The notes: generated by a model from the letters alone, not told the origin. DNA of 64,000 nucleotides from an uncultured Gemmatimonadales bacterium (GCA_963798845.1 CAWCUS010000006.1:192001-256000); one strand, 5' to 3'. Numbered from the stretch's first letter, positions 20,501-30,570 are shown. A program made the numbers and translations.

Positions 20501-20793
20501 CCCACGCGTCCCTCCTGGATCTCCGTCTCCATGCTGGTGACGTTCTCGGTGGTGGCGAGCGCTGCCTCCAGCGGCTTGGCGACCGTCTCCTCCAGCACGG
20601 TCGGCTCCACGCCCGGGTTCGACACCCCGGCGCGGATCTGCGGATAGACGATGGTGGGCAGGAGGTCGAGCGGCAGACCGCCCAGGAAGAAGATCCCGAG
20701 GACGACCACCACGGACGTGATCATGAGCGTGCCCACGGGCCTGCGTATGGCAAGGCTCGGCAGGCCGCGGAACCGCTTGTACTGCTCGCTCAC
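17539..20793 (-). CDS. RND efflux transporter permease subunit (AcrB/CzcA superfamily)
   Basis: AIRRPV, LNIMTLGGLALGVGLLIDNSIVMLENI, GIVVNNAILLV, RLRPILMTT. Confidence 0.96.
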   Translation of the reverse strand: MSEQYKRFRGLPSLAIRRPVGTLMITSVVVVLGIFFLGGLPLDLLPTIVYPQIRAGVSNPGVEPTVLEETVAKPLEAALATTENVTSMETEIQEGRVGVNLHFSYGTDIDFALQDAAKNLERARGALPEEANPPTVYKFDPSQMPVYEVGFSSQARDLISLRDWVEYRLRPQLLTIPGVASVDVAGGLVREIQVVLDQERLRHYGLTVSQVIDAIRAANQDVAAGYVASATREVVGKTAGKFQTVDDVRSVLLTPAGGGRIPLSEVASVSDTHQDQRLWARMNGVPAVQLSVRKQPNANTVKVAEQVQQRLESLTTTGFVPGDIQYRTIQNQATFIRSSVRSVQSAALTGAFLAMLVVFLFLGSLRKTFVIGLAIPIAILATFIMMGLGHLTLNIMTLGGLALGVGLLIDNSIVMLENIFRHKEEGNEDPELAAHEGAAEVTSAVTASTATNLAAVIPFLLISGLAALIFRELILTISFAILASLTVALTVVPMLSAQLGKIRFESGLGHWRPLVAFDNGVGWLRSFYRRIAPVAVRWRWAVLGGAVLALVGAFLMTRNLGNEFLPQVDDGNVGVYVAMPAGVSAQETNRVTLEVEEMVRQMPDVRTMFATAGGFLFGGSTAQRSGRGSITVVLAPVTERKISADEWVRRLQEKVDARGFPGARIFVRPPRIRGLRTSMSGSPVELSIQGDDLNELRHIAEEVMSLVRGVPGLANLEPSEEEATPQLSVQLDRERAAYLGLSVATVGQTLRTALDGTIASKFTAGNHEYDMRVMFPRDRFKSPEDLGGVALFPGGSGGAPIYLRDVATVNNTLGPTTVLRVNQNRTFRLTGDVINEVASVGAVNDSIRARLADLELPEGYGIIYGGEAEAMRENNRQLAIVVILAVFLVFVVMAVQYESVVNPFIILLAIPLSLIGVGLLLGITGTPLSAPVLLGVILLAGIVVNNAILLVEYTEQGRARGLSREQAVVEAGAVRLRPILMTTLTTAFGMLPLALGIGQGSELMQPLAIAVVGGLSVSTLLTLFVVPSAYVIFNTAAERLGRWLTGHGPTRSAAPPAPADVQRRAPELGPTAVVGMSAAEAESS

Positions 20794-21923
20794 GACTCCA
20801 CCCTCCCCGCCTCGCCGGACACCACTCGCACCTTCACGCCGTCGCGCAGCATGTTCGCGCCCCGCGTCACCACGACGTCACCCGTCTCGAGCCCCGCCAC
20901 GACCTGCACCTTCCCCTCCGACGTCAGCCCCGTAGTCACGGTGCGCCGGACGGCCGTCCCGTTCTCGACCACGAACACCGACTCCGAGCCCGCCGCGCCC
21001 ACCAGCGCGGAGCCCGGGATCAGCAGGACATCGTTGCGCGCGCCCAGCCCGAACGTGGCCCTGGCCAGGAATCCCGGCCGCGCCAGCCGCGCGTCCTCGC
21101 CCGTCAGCGCCACCTCCACCGGCACCAGCCGCGTGGTCGGATCGCCGCTCGGGAACACTCGCCGGATGCGACCGTGGAACCCACGGTCGGGAAACGCGTC
21201 CAGCGCCAGCACGACCGGATCGCCCGGAGCGAGCTCCACCACGTCCAGCTCGGAGACGCCCACGCGCACCACCAGCGTGGACACGTCCGCGACCGTGAAG
21301 AGCCGGGTCTGCGGCGAGACCAGGTCGCCCGCCTCCACCCGTTTCTCCGTCACCACGCCGCTGATCGGCGAGGCGATCGTGGCGTAATCCACCCGCGTTT
21401 TCAACTGGTCCAGCTGCGCTTTCGCCGCCGCTCTCGCCGTGCGCTCCTTCTCGAACTCCGGCAGCGTGATGACCCGGCGCTCCCACAGCTGCTGCGCCCG
21501 GTCGTACGACGCGTCGGCCACCTGGAACGCGGCCTCCGCAGCCGCCAGCTGCGCCCGCAGCTCGCTGTCATCCACGCGCGCCAGGAGCTGGCCCGGGTGG
21601 ACGACGTCGCCTTCCTCCGCCGCCACGGCCAGAAGCACGCCGGAGAGCTGGCTGTTCACCCCCACCGTGCGGATCGGCTGGATCACGCCCGACACGGTCA
21701 CGGAGCGCGCGATCGACCCCGTCGTCGCCGGCGACGCCGCCACCGCCACCACCCGGTCTGCGCTACCCGGTCCGCCCGGACCACCTGGGCCGCCAGGTCC
21801 ACCGGAGCGTCCGGGCGAGGGCTCCGCCGCTTCGCTGCCACCGCAAGCCGCAGCTGCGGCCGCCAGGATCAGGATCATGGGCCGGAGCGACGCCGGCCTG
21901 CACAGGGATCGAATCGTCGACAC
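20790..21923 (-). CDS. RND efflux periplasmic adaptor (membrane fusion) lipoprotein
   Basis: Lipobox AAAC, EEGDVV..GQLLAR, IASPISGVV, TGLTSEGKVQVVAGLETGD; GTG start at 21923 (alternative ATG 21878). Confidence 0.92.
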   Translation of the reverse strand: MSTIRSLCRPASLRPMILILAAAAAACGGSEAAEPSPGRSGGPGGPGGPGGPGSADRVVAVAASPATTGSIARSVTVSGVIQPIRTVGVNSQLSGVLLAVAAEEGDVVHPGQLLARVDDSELRAQLAAAEAAFQVADASYDRAQQLWERRVITLPEFEKERTARAAAKAQLDQLKTRVDYATIASPISGVVTEKRVEAGDLVSPQTRLFTVADVSTLVVRVGVSELDVVELAPGDPVVLALDAFPDRGFHGRIRRVFPSGDPTTRLVPVEVALTGEDARLARPGFLARATFGLGARNDVLLIPGSALVGAAGSESVFVVENGTAVRRTVTTGLTSEGKVQVVAGLETGDVVVTRGANMLRDGVKVRVVSGEAGRVES

Positions 21924-21924
21924 G

Positions 21925-23274
21925 CTACTGCTCCTCGCCCAGTCGTTCCCCGAGGATGGACTCCAGGTGCGCCACCGCGCCACCGAGTCCCTGCCTCGCC
22001 CGCACCCCCGCCACCTGCGCTTCCGCCAGCGCGACCTGCGACGCCTGCAGTTCCAGGATCGTGGCCGCGCCCATCGTGTAGCGCTCCTCCTGCACCCGCA
22101 GATCCTCCTCCGCGAGCTCCACCGTTCGGTCCGCCACCTGCACCTGCCGCTCGGCGACCTCCAGCTCCCGCACCGCCGCCTCCACCTCCACCCTCGCCGC
22201 CAGCGTCGCGTCCTTCGCCTGCGCTTCCGCGGCCCGCTCCTGCGCCGCTGCCCGCTGCACCGCCGCCTCCCGCTGCAGGCCATTGAAGAGCGGCAGAGAA
22301 GCGGTGACACGCAGGCTCCAGCTCTGCTGCGCGGGCGGGAAGTCGTAGGAGAACCAGTCGTAGCCGCCGCTGACCCGGACCACCGGCAGGTAAGGCGTGA
22401 ACGACGCCAGCTTGTCCGCGTGCCGGCTCGCCCGCACGGCGTTCGCCGCCATCACCGAAGGCGACGACTTCACGGCCCGGCTCACCAGCTCGTCCACTGG
22501 CGGGAGCGACGGCGCCTGCTCCGGCAGCGCCGACTCCGCCGCCATGACTTCCTCGGCCATGCCCACGGCGCGGCCGAGATCGAGCGCCGCGCCCTGCAAC
22601 GCCGAGCGGGCTTCGAACACCGCCAGGTCCGCGTTCTGGACTTCGATCTCTGCCCGGAGAACGTCCGAGCGCGTGGCCGTTCCCACGTCGAATCGCTGCC
22701 CGGCGAACTCCTGCTGCTGCTTCGCCCGCTCGAGACGCTGCTCCGCCACCTCGAGCAGGTCCTGCGTCGCCGCTGCAGCGTAGAACGTCAGCGTTGTCCG
22801 GTACGCCGAGGCGAAGCGCTGCTCCCGCTCCTGGGCGTCCGCGGCCGTGACGTCCGCCGAAGCCGAGCGCAGCTGGGCCAGCTTCCGCCCCCCGGAGAAC
22901 ACCTCGTACGAGCCCTGGAGCTGGTTCGTGTAGCTCTGCGACACCAGCCTTCCCGACGCCTGATCGAAGCGCTGGTTGCTCGAGTTGCCGTAGACCGTGT
23001 TCGCGCTGACTGTGGGCAGCAGGGCGCCGCGCGCCTGCAGCTGGTCCGCCCGCGCCACCGACGCCCCCGATGATGACGACACCACCAGCGGATCCACGTC
23101 CTCCGCCAGCCGCAGCGCCTGCTCCAGGGTCACGGTGCGGTGCGGTGCGGCTTGCCCCGCGGCCCGCGCTTCCTGCGCCCAGGCGCTCACGGGTCCGCAG
23201 GCCTGCAGCGCCACCACCGCCAGCCACATGCGTCCCGCACGCCCGCGGCTGTGCGATGCCATACTGTGCTTCAT
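21925..23274 (-). CDS. TolC-family outer-membrane efflux protein
   Basis: TLEQALRLA, LLPTVSA, RFDVGTATRSDVL, SLPLFNG, RYTMGAATILEL. Confidence 0.93.
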   Translation of the reverse strand: MKHSMASHSRGRAGRMWLAVVALQACGPVSAWAQEARAAGQAAPHRTVTLEQALRLAEDVDPLVVSSSSGASVARADQLQARGALLPTVSANTVYGNSSNQRFDQASGRLVSQSYTNQLQGSYEVFSGGRKLAQLRSASADVTAADAQEREQRFASAYRTTLTFYAAAATQDLLEVAEQRLERAKQQQEFAGQRFDVGTATRSDVLRAEIEVQNADLAVFEARSALQGAALDLGRAVGMAEEVMAAESALPEQAPSLPPVDELVSRAVKSSPSVMAANAVRASRHADKLASFTPYLPVVRVSGGYDWFSYDFPPAQQSWSLRVTASLPLFNGLQREAAVQRAAAQERAAEAQAKDATLAARVEVEAAVRELEVAERQVQVADRTVELAEEDLRVQEERYTMGAATILELQASQVALAEAQVAGVRARQGLGGAVAHLESILGERLGEEQ

Positions 23275-23420
23275 GCTTCCTGTTCCGATGGGGAATCCCC
23301 GCAGACCGCCCACGTCAGGGATGACGCCCCAGACCCCCCGGACGTTGTGGCCCTGCGCACGGGTACCCCCGGCAGCCTCGCCGGTTGCAGCCGGCGCCAG
23401 GGAGAGGTCGGGTCAGACGC

Positions 23421-26171
23421 CTACTTGCATTCGTACCAGCTCGCGCCCCGGCCCAATTCCACGCGGAGCGGCACCTCCAGCTCGAACGCACCCTCCATCT
23501 TCCGCCGCACCAGCTCCGAGATGGCATCGGCGCGGGACTCGGGCACCTCGAACAGCAGCTCGTCGTGGACCTGGAGGAGCATCCGCGTCCCGTCGGGCTC
23601 CTCCCCCAGCGCACGGTGGATGTCGATCATGGCGATCTTGATGATGTCGGCCGCGCTTCCCTGGACGGGCGCATTCGTGGCCGCGCGCTCGCCGAACTGC
23701 CGGATGTTGTAGTTCTTGCTCTTCACTTCCGGGATGTACCGGCGGCGCCCCGTGAGGGTCTCCACGAACCCGTCCTCGTACGCCCGCGCGATCTGCCGGT
23801 CCAGGTACCTCCGCACCTCGGGCAGCCGCTCGAAGTAGTTCTCGATGAACGTCTTCGCCTCCTGTACGCTCGTGCCGAGCTGCTTCGAGAGAGCGTAGGG
23901 GCCGATGCCGTAGAGGGTCGCGAAGTTGATGGTCTTCGCGGCGTCACGCATCCGCTGCGTCACGTCCTCCACGGCCACCTCGAACACCAGCGCGGCCGTC
24001 TGGCGGTGGATGTCGTCGCCCGCCCGGAACGCCCGCACGAAGGTCTCGTCGCCCGAGAGGTGGGCCAGGACGCGCAGCTCGATCTGCGAGTAGTCGGCAG
24101 AGACGAAGACGAACCCGTCCTCGGGGACGAACCCCTTGCGCAGCTCGGCTCCCACTTCCGTGCGGATCGGGATGTTCTGGAGGTTGGGGTCGACGGACGA
24201 CAGCCGGCCGGTAGCGGCCACCGCCTGGTCGAAGCGCGTGTGGATCCGCCCGGTGGCCTGATCCACGTGCTGCGGCAGCGAGTCTACGTACGTGTTCTTC
24301 AGCTTGTCCAGCTGCCGGTACTCGATGATGAGCGACGGGATCCGGTGCCCCTGCTCGGCCAGCTCCTCGAGCACGGTCGCATCCGTGGACGGCCCCGTCT
24401 TCGTCTTCTTCAGGACCGGGAGATCCAGCTTTTCGAACAGCACTTCCCGCAGCTGCGGCGTGGAGTTGATGTTGAACTCCTCCCCGGCCTCCTTGAAGAT
24501 CTCCTCCTGGATCAGCGCCAGGTCCCGCTCCAGCTTCTTCGAGACTTCGCGGAAAAAAGCGGTATCGATGCGGATCCCCGCCGTCTCCATGTCGGCGAGA
24601 ACCCCCTCGAGCGGCATCTCGATCTCGCGATAGAGCCGCTCCAGGTGGTAACGCTCGAGATCCGGCTCCAGGCGCGCGCGCAGGCGCAGCGTCATGTCGG
24701 CCTTCTCGCACGCGAAGTCCCGCACCGCGTCCGCGCCGCACTCCGCCACGGGTGAAGCGCTCCGCCCCTTCCCGCACAGGTCCTCGTAGGTGGTGGGGCT
24801 GTGGCCCAGGTGCTGGAGCGCCAGCGAGTCCAGCGCCTGGTCGCGGCGACCCGGCTCCAGCAGGTAGGACGCCAGCATCACGTCGAAACCGAGCCCCCGG
24901 AGCGTCGCGCCGGCGCGGCGCAGCGCCAGGAGCGTGAACTTCAGGTCGTGGCCCGTCTTCTCCACGTCCGCGTCCCGGAGCAGCTCCACCAGCGCCCGCA
25001 TCCCGGGCGCGTTCAGCGCGGGCAGGTTGACGCCGGCGTGGTCCCCCAGGTCCAGCTCCCCCGCGCGACGGTGGGAGAGCGGCAGGTACGCGGCCTCCCC
25101 GGGCTTCGTCGCCAGCGCCAGCCCCACGAGCTCGCCACGCAGCGCGCTCTCCGAGGACGACACGGCCCAGACGGCCACCCCTCCGACTTCCCTCGCCGCC
25201 ATTGCCAGCCGCGCCACCTCTTCCGGCTTCGTGACCAGGCGGTAGTGGCCCTCCAGCTTCGCCGTCTCCGGCTCGGGCGCCGCGATCTCGCGCACCAGCC
25301 CGTGGAACTCCAGCTCGACGAACAGCTCCTTCAGCCGCTCGCGGTCCGGTTCCGTCACGGCCAGCGCGTCCAGGTCCAGCTCCACCGGGAGGTCCTGCTT
25401 GATCGTCACCAGCGCCTTCGACAGCAGCACGTCCTCCCGGTGCTCCAGCAGCGCTTCCCGCGCCCGCTTGCCGCGGATCGACTCCGCCACCTCCAGGATC
25501 GACTCCACGGGCCCGTGCTCGCCGATCAGCTGGAGCGCCGTCTTGGGCCCGATCCCGCGCGCGCCCGGCACGTTGTCGGAGCTGTCCCCGATCAGCGCCA
25601 GGTAGTCGCACACCCGCTCCGGCGGCACACCCAGGCGCTCCGCCGCGTTGCGCGTGTCCACCCACTCCTCGTCCACCGCCGCCTGCCCTCCGCGCCCCGG
25701 GTTCAGGAGCGACACGCCCGGACGGATGAGCTGGTAGAAGTCCTTGTCCCCCGAGACGATCACGCTGTCCACGGCGGCGTTCTCCGCGAGGCGGCAGAGC
25801 GTGCCGATGACGTCGTCGGCCTCGTGGTCGTCCAGCCGCAGCACGGGAATGCGGAACGCGTTCAGCAGCGCCTCGATCCGTGGCAGCGACGCCCGCAGCT
25901 CGTCCGGCATCTTCTCCCGCGTGGCCTTGTACTCCGGGTACAGCTCGGTGCGCTGGCTCGTGCCCGCGTCCAGCACCACGCCCAGGTAGTCCGGCTCGTA
26001 GTCGGACAGGAGCTTCAGCAGGAAGCGCGTGAGCCCGAACGCCGCCAATGTGTTCTCCCCCTTCGACGTCGTCAGCGGCCGGCTGATCATGGCGAAGAAC
26101 GCCCGGTAGATCAGAGCGTAGCCGTCGATGAGGAACAGTCGGGGACGGGTCTTTTCCGGCGTCTCTACCAT
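23421..26171 (-). CDS. polA: DNA polymerase I
   Basis: 5' nuclease LFLIDG..YRAFFA, EADDVIGT, LIGDSSDNVPG; polymerase TGRLSSVDPNLQNIP, ADYSQIELR, LLQVHDELLFE. Confidence 0.98.
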   Translation of the reverse strand: MVETPEKTRPRLFLIDGYALIYRAFFAMISRPLTTSKGENTLAAFGLTRFLLKLLSDYEPDYLGVVLDAGTSQRTELYPEYKATREKMPDELRASLPRIEALLNAFRIPVLRLDDHEADDVIGTLCRLAENAAVDSVIVSGDKDFYQLIRPGVSLLNPGRGGQAAVDEEWVDTRNAAERLGVPPERVCDYLALIGDSSDNVPGARGIGPKTALQLIGEHGPVESILEVAESIRGKRAREALLEHREDVLLSKALVTIKQDLPVELDLDALAVTEPDRERLKELFVELEFHGLVREIAAPEPETAKLEGHYRLVTKPEEVARLAMAAREVGGVAVWAVSSSESALRGELVGLALATKPGEAAYLPLSHRRAGELDLGDHAGVNLPALNAPGMRALVELLRDADVEKTGHDLKFTLLALRRAGATLRGLGFDVMLASYLLEPGRRDQALDSLALQHLGHSPTTYEDLCGKGRSASPVAECGADAVRDFACEKADMTLRLRARLEPDLERYHLERLYREIEMPLEGVLADMETAGIRIDTAFFREVSKKLERDLALIQEEIFKEAGEEFNINSTPQLREVLFEKLDLPVLKKTKTGPSTDATVLEELAEQGHRIPSLIIEYRQLDKLKNTYVDSLPQHVDQATGRIHTRFDQAVAATGRLSSVDPNLQNIPIRTEVGAELRKGFVPEDGFVFVSADYSQIELRVLAHLSGDETFVRAFRAGDDIHRQTAALVFEVAVEDVTQRMRDAAKTINFATLYGIGPYALSKQLGTSVQEAKTFIENYFERLPEVRRYLDRQIARAYEDGFVETLTGRRRYIPEVKSKNYNIRQFGERAATNAPVQGSAADIIKIAMIDIHRALGEEPDGTRMLLQVHDELLFEVPESRADAISELVRRKMEGAFELEVPLRVELGRGASWYECK

Positions 26172-26259
26172 CTCGTGCGCGGTTCGGGGAAACGTCGCCG
26201 GGATCTTACCCCGGTGGCGCGGCTGGGTGCAACGCGGCGCGAGCTTCGCGTGCCGGCAC

Positions 26260-26294
26260 AAAAAACCGCCCCGTCACGAATGGTGGCGGGGCGG
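26260..26294 (-). terminator. Intrinsic terminator after csp
   Basis: + strand AAAAAA-CCGCCCCGTCAC-gaatg-GTGGCGGGGCGG (hairpin plus U-run on the - strand). Confidence 0.75.
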
Positions 26295-26317
26295 CGATCG
26301 CGGTCTGAGACGTCAGC

Positions 26318-26527
26318 TCAGGAGGACAACTGGCGCTGCACGTTCGTGGCCTGAAGCCCCTTGTCCGTCTGCCGGACCTCGAAGTCGACCTCTTCGCCCT
26401 CGGTCAGCGTCTTGAAGCCGTCCATGGAGATTGCCGAGAAGTGGACGAACACATCCTCGCCATCCGTTTGCTCAATGAACCCATAGCCCTTCGAGTCATT
26501 GAACCACTTTACCCTGCCCTTGAGCAT
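26318..26527 (-). CDS. csp: Cold-shock domain protein
   Basis: [38 protein letters not shown]. Confidence 0.97.
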   Translation of the reverse strand: MLKGRVKWFNDSKGYGFIEQTDGEDVFVHFSAISMDGFKTLTEGEEVDFEVRQTDKGLQATNVQRQLSS

Positions 26528-26578
26528 GAAACCGACCTCCTAACAAGGGTACCTCACGTCGGATGCGCCAGCGTCGCC

Positions 26579-26608
26579 AAAATAGACGCGTTTGCACAGC
26601 AACGTCAA
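26579..26608 (-). promoter_or_regulatory. Sigma-70-type promoter for csp
   Basis: - strand TTGACG-18 nt-TATTTT upstream of the csp RBS. Confidence 0.55.
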
Positions 26609-27207
26609 GAAAAACCTTGCACTCCGAACAGCCAGATCACGCCCAGCACGGCCGCTGCGGAGGCGAGCGGAAGGAACAGGTTGTCGTCCACCGCGAGATC
26701 CGGTGCCTCGATCACCGTGGCCGCGAGTGCGGCGACGGCGGCGGGGAGCGTGCCGACCCCGGCCGCTCCCATGATCAGCAGCCATGCCACCAGGAAGAAG
26801 GCGATGCTCCCTTCCAGCGTCTTGCCTCCCGGATAGCGCACTCGACCGTAGCGCTTGCCGAGGACCGCGGCCGTCGCGTCGGCGACGCCGGTGACCAGGA
26901 TTCCGGTCACGGCTATGGGAGCGGGGAAGAAGGCGGCGGTCAGCGCGTAGCCCACGGCCATGGTGGCAGCGCCGGTCACGCGCCGGTGCTCCTCCGGGCG
27001 CAGGAGGAAACCGAGTCTCCGCTCGAACCACGAACGGAAGTCGCCACTGAACTGGCGCGCCAGCTCGACGCCCACCGCGATGGCCGCGGCGACGGCCAGC
27101 ACGATGGCGCCCGTCGGGCTGGGGAGGAGGGAGACGCACGCCGCGGCCGTGACGGAGGCGGTGATGTGGATGAGCTTTCGCGCGGCTTCTCCACGCGTGT
27201 TCAGCAT
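26605..27207 (-). CDS. CTP-dependent polyprenol/phytol/diacylglycerol kinase-like membrane protein (SEC59/DGK1/VTE5 family)
   Basis: ARKLIH, ADATAAVLGKRYG, GKTLEGS, DDNL motifs; multiple hydrophobic helices. Confidence 0.8.
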   Translation of the reverse strand: MLNTRGEAARKLIHITASVTAAACVSLLPSPTGAIVLAVAAAIAVGVELARQFSGDFRSWFERRLGFLLRPEEHRRVTGAATMAVGYALTAAFFPAPIAVTGILVTGVADATAAVLGKRYGRVRYPGGKTLEGSIAFFLVAWLLIMGAAGVGTLPAAVAALAATVIEAPDLAVDDNLFLPLASAAAVLGVIWLFGVQGFS

Positions 27208-27212
27208 GCCGT

Positions 27213-29649
27213 TCAGTCGCCGGTGGCCTCGATGGGCTCGCCGAGCGCCCGGTCGATGTCGGGATAGAGGGCGCGGTAGAGGGCGCGGTGGAGCAGGACG
27301 TGGCGGATGTAGTCCCGGGTCTCCGGGTACGGGATCCGCTCCGCCAGGAGCTCCATGTCGCGGCTCTCGGGCAGCTTCTGCCACACGACCGCGCGGTTCG
27401 GTCCGGCGTTGTACGCGGACAGCACCAGCGGAAGCTCGCCGTGGAACTGTTTCATCAGGCTGGCGAGATAGCGCACGCCCAGGTGGACGTTCACTTCCGG
27501 CTCCTTCAGCATCGAGACTTCGAAGTGGTCCAGCCCCGCCCCACGCGCCAGGCCGCGGCCGGTCGCGGGCATGATCTGCATCAGGCCGATCGCCCCCGCG
27601 CCGCTGGACACCGCGGGGCTGAACGCGGATTCCCGCCGGATCAGCCCCGCCACCAGGTACGGATCAAGCCCCTGGTCGCGGGCTTCCGGCACCACCATGC
27701 TCCGGAAGGGGAACGGGTAGACGATGCGCAGGAGCCGCGGGTTCCACGCCCCTTCCCGATCCCGCAGCTGCCACCCGATCGACACGCCCGTGAGCGTGTA
27801 CCCGCGTGCGTTCAGCGCTTCCGCCAGCGCGTACTCGCCGTCCACCTCGCTGGAGAACTGCCGCCGCAGCTGCGTCACCTCCCGCACCATGTCGTCGCGC
27901 AGGTCCAGCTCCGACAGCAGGTCCACCCGGCGCAACGCCCGCCCCACGGCCGAGTCCGCCTGCGCATTTCGCGCCGGCGCGGACGCCATCGGGATGTCGA
28001 GCACGCCACGCCCCAGCAGCTCCGCGGCCCGCGCCCCATAGAACGACAGCGGGTCCCGCCAATGCAGCGCCTCCAGCCTTGCCGTGGCGAGGGAGTCCTG
28101 CCCCAGCTTCTCGTACATCCTCGCCGCCCAGTACGTGGCCTGCGACGCCCGACGGCCATCAGGGAAGCGGCGGAGGTACCCCTCGAAGAGGTCGGCGGCC
28201 CCGGCGAAGTCGCCGTCCATGATCGCGAGGTCAGCGAGCCGCATCCGGGCGAGCCCCGCCTCGTTGAGGTCGGGGGCGGCGGCCGCCGCCTGGCGGTAGT
28301 ACTTCCTCGCCTCGTCCGTCTTCAGGGCATCGTGCTTGAGGTCGGCGAGCATGTAGAGGCCACGCGCGGAGGCCTCCTCGTCCGGATACCGCCCGGCGAG
28401 GCGCACGAACGTTCTCTGTCCTTCGGCCGATCGGCCCTGCCGGTATTGGGCCCGGCCCGCCACGTACAGCGCTTCCGCGGCCACCGACGGCTCAGCCCCA
28501 GGCTCATCCGCCAGCGCCAGAAGCCGTCGCTCTGCGTCCTGGTAGCGCCCTGCGCCGAACATGGCGCGGCCGAGCTGCAGCTCGAATGCGCCGCCTCTGC
28601 ACCTCACTGACTCCGCCGCCCCCCAGGTAGTGGCCGAGCGCCTCTGCCGCCCCCGACGCGAAACCGTGCCGCAGGTAGATCTCGCCGATCATCCGCCAAT
28701 CGTCCTGCGACGGCGCCAGCCCGCTCAGCCCCCTCGCCGCCTCCACCGCCGCCGCTGCCCCCGGTGCGGCGTCCATGGCACTGCGGAACGCTTCCCCGGC
28801 CCGCGTCGAGTCCCCGCCCTCCAGCCGCAGCCGCCCCAGCCTGGCCCACGCGTCCGCGCGCTCATCGCCCTGGTCGGCGTTCCTCGCTGCGGCGAGAGCC
28901 ACCTCCCGTGCGAGCATGGGGTCCTCCGCTTTGGTGGCCGCTTCGAACCGGATGCGCCATCCGCGGTCGCGGTCCAGCCACCGGGACACGTGCGTCAGCC
29001 GTCGCGCGACCTCGGCGGTGTCCCCCGCCTCCGCGGCCACCCTCGCCGCGAAGAGCGCGATCCAGTCGCCGAACCACGGCACCGCCGCCGACGCGCTGTC
29101 GAACGCGCTCAACGCCCGCTCCGTCTCCCCTGCGTCCTCGAGCGCCAGGGCCCGTCGCAGCTCGGCCACGCCGAGCGCGGAGTCGCCGGGCGTCGCCACG
29201 GCGAGATAGCGGGTCAACGCGTCGACGGCCTGTGCGGAACGGCCGTCGCGCAGCTTTGCCCGGGCGAGCAGCGCCCAGCCTCTGCCGCCCCCGACGCTGT
29301 CCAGCCACGCTCGCCCCTCCAGGAGCCGCGCCACCGACGGCCAGTCCCCCCAGCCGGCGTTCAGCTCCGAAGCGACGAGCAGGGTCGCGGGTGAGGTGTC
29401 GGCAGCCGCGTGCAGGTGCGCCGCGAGCAGACGGCTCGCGCGCCAGTACCGCCCCTGCTTCGCCGCGTCCCTGACAACCTGCGGGATGCCGGGCTCCATG
29501 GTGCCCGTATCCTCCGGGGCGGCGAGGGCCGCGAACGTGCTCGCCGGGCGGATGGCGTGGGGCGAGGCGCCGCGCGAAAGCCGCGCGGGAATGGCAGCGG
29601 CGAGGACGAAGAGGACGACAATCGCGGGATGGCGGACCATGAAGTTCAT
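27213..29649 (-). CDS. TPR-rich soluble lytic transglycosylase (Slt70-like), split by a +1 frameshift at 28585-28586
   Basis: N-terminal signal and TPR helices (ORF 28504..29832) join the SLT half (LIRRESAF, GAIGLMQIMP, SAYNAGP, ETRDYI) if one A of GAATG is removed, giving ..QRRRIELQLGRAM.. Confidence 0.85.
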
Positions 29650-29789
29650 CGAGTGCAACTGTCGGACCCGGGGTTGGCACGCGGGCGGCCTGCAGCGGCG
29701 GGTGCGCCCGACGGTCTCGACGGGATGTACACCGCTGGCGCTGAAACGCGCCGACTTTCGGGGCGGGCGCAAACGGGAAGCCCCGGGGC

Positions 29790-29823
29790 AAAACGAAAGG
29801 AGGCCACCCGGCGGGTGGCCTCC
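29790..29823 (-). terminator. Intrinsic terminator after exbB/tolQ
   Basis: + strand AAAACGAAA-GGAGGCCACCC-ggc-GGGTGGCCTCC. Confidence 0.75.
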
Positions 29824-29856
29824 ACGGAGCACACGTCGCTGTCGCGCCGCGTCACA

Positions 29857-30570
29857 TCACACTGTGGCGCCAGCCTCGATCTCCTGGAGCGTGTCGATCA
29901 TCTTCTGCGCCGACTCCTCCATGTCGATGACCAGGCGGTCCACTCTCGTCACGAAGTAGTTGTGCATGATGTTGATCGGGATCGCGATGGTCAGCCCGGC
30001 GGCGGTCGTGATCAGGGCTACCTTGATGCCGCCGGCCACCAGCGTCGCCTCCACCTCGCCTGCGGCCTCAATGTTCTGGAAGGCCTGGATCATCCCGATC
30101 ACCGTCCCGAGGAACCCGAGCAACGGGGCCACGTTCGCGATCGTGGCGAGCCAGACGAGGCCGCTCTCGAGACCGGCCATCTGGATCAGGCCGACATTCT
30201 CGATCGCCTTCATCACCCGCTCCGTGCCCTCACCGTGACGCTCCAGTCCGGCCAGCAGGATCCTCCCCGCCGGCGTGTTGGACTCGCGCGCCGCTTTCAA
30301 CGCACCCGGGACGTCGCGCTTCGACAGCCGATCGTCCACCTCGCGCAGCACCTTGCGCGTGCGCGCTCCAGTGATGCCCAGGTCGATCAGCTTCCAGATA
30401 ATGACCCCGAGTCCCAGCACCGCAGCCGCGCCCAGCGGCCACATCATCCAGCCGCCATCCTGCCAGATGGAAACAGCCCATTCACCGAAGGTGAGGTCAG
30501 GGGTTTCCATTCCCGGAATCTGCAGCAGCGCAAGGTTCAGGAAACTGACTCCGCTCAAGTTCGCCTCCAT
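29857..30570 (-). CDS. MotA/TolQ/ExbB proton-channel family protein
   Basis: GGWMMWPL, LATIANVAPLLGFLGTVIGMIQAF, GIKVALITTAAGL; start may instead be 30510. Confidence 0.93.
   Translation of the reverse strand: MEANLSGVSFLNLALLQIPGMETPDLTFGEWAVSIWQDGGWMMWPLGAAAVLGLGVIIWKLIDLGITGARTRKVLREVDDRLSKRDVPGALKAARESNTPAGRILLAGLERHGEGTERVMKAIENVGLIQMAGLESGLVWLATIANVAPLLGFLGTVIGMIQAFQNIEAAGEVEATLVAGGIKVALITTAAGLTIAIPINIMHNYFVTRVDRLVIDMEESAQKMIDTLQEIEAGATV

Noticed and set aside
17482..21387. Very long antisense or alternate-frame ORFs (e.g. 17482..21387 +, 40176..44162 +, 35510..38050 +, 7259..9301 +)
   Set aside because: They are shadow ORFs of real genes in high-GC DNA, with Arg/Pro/Gly-rich translations and no recognisable motifs.
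21765..21805. GGP-repeat low-complexity segment in the efflux adaptor
   Set aside because: It is a short in-frame flexible linker after the lipobox with degenerate codons, so not a DNA-level element.
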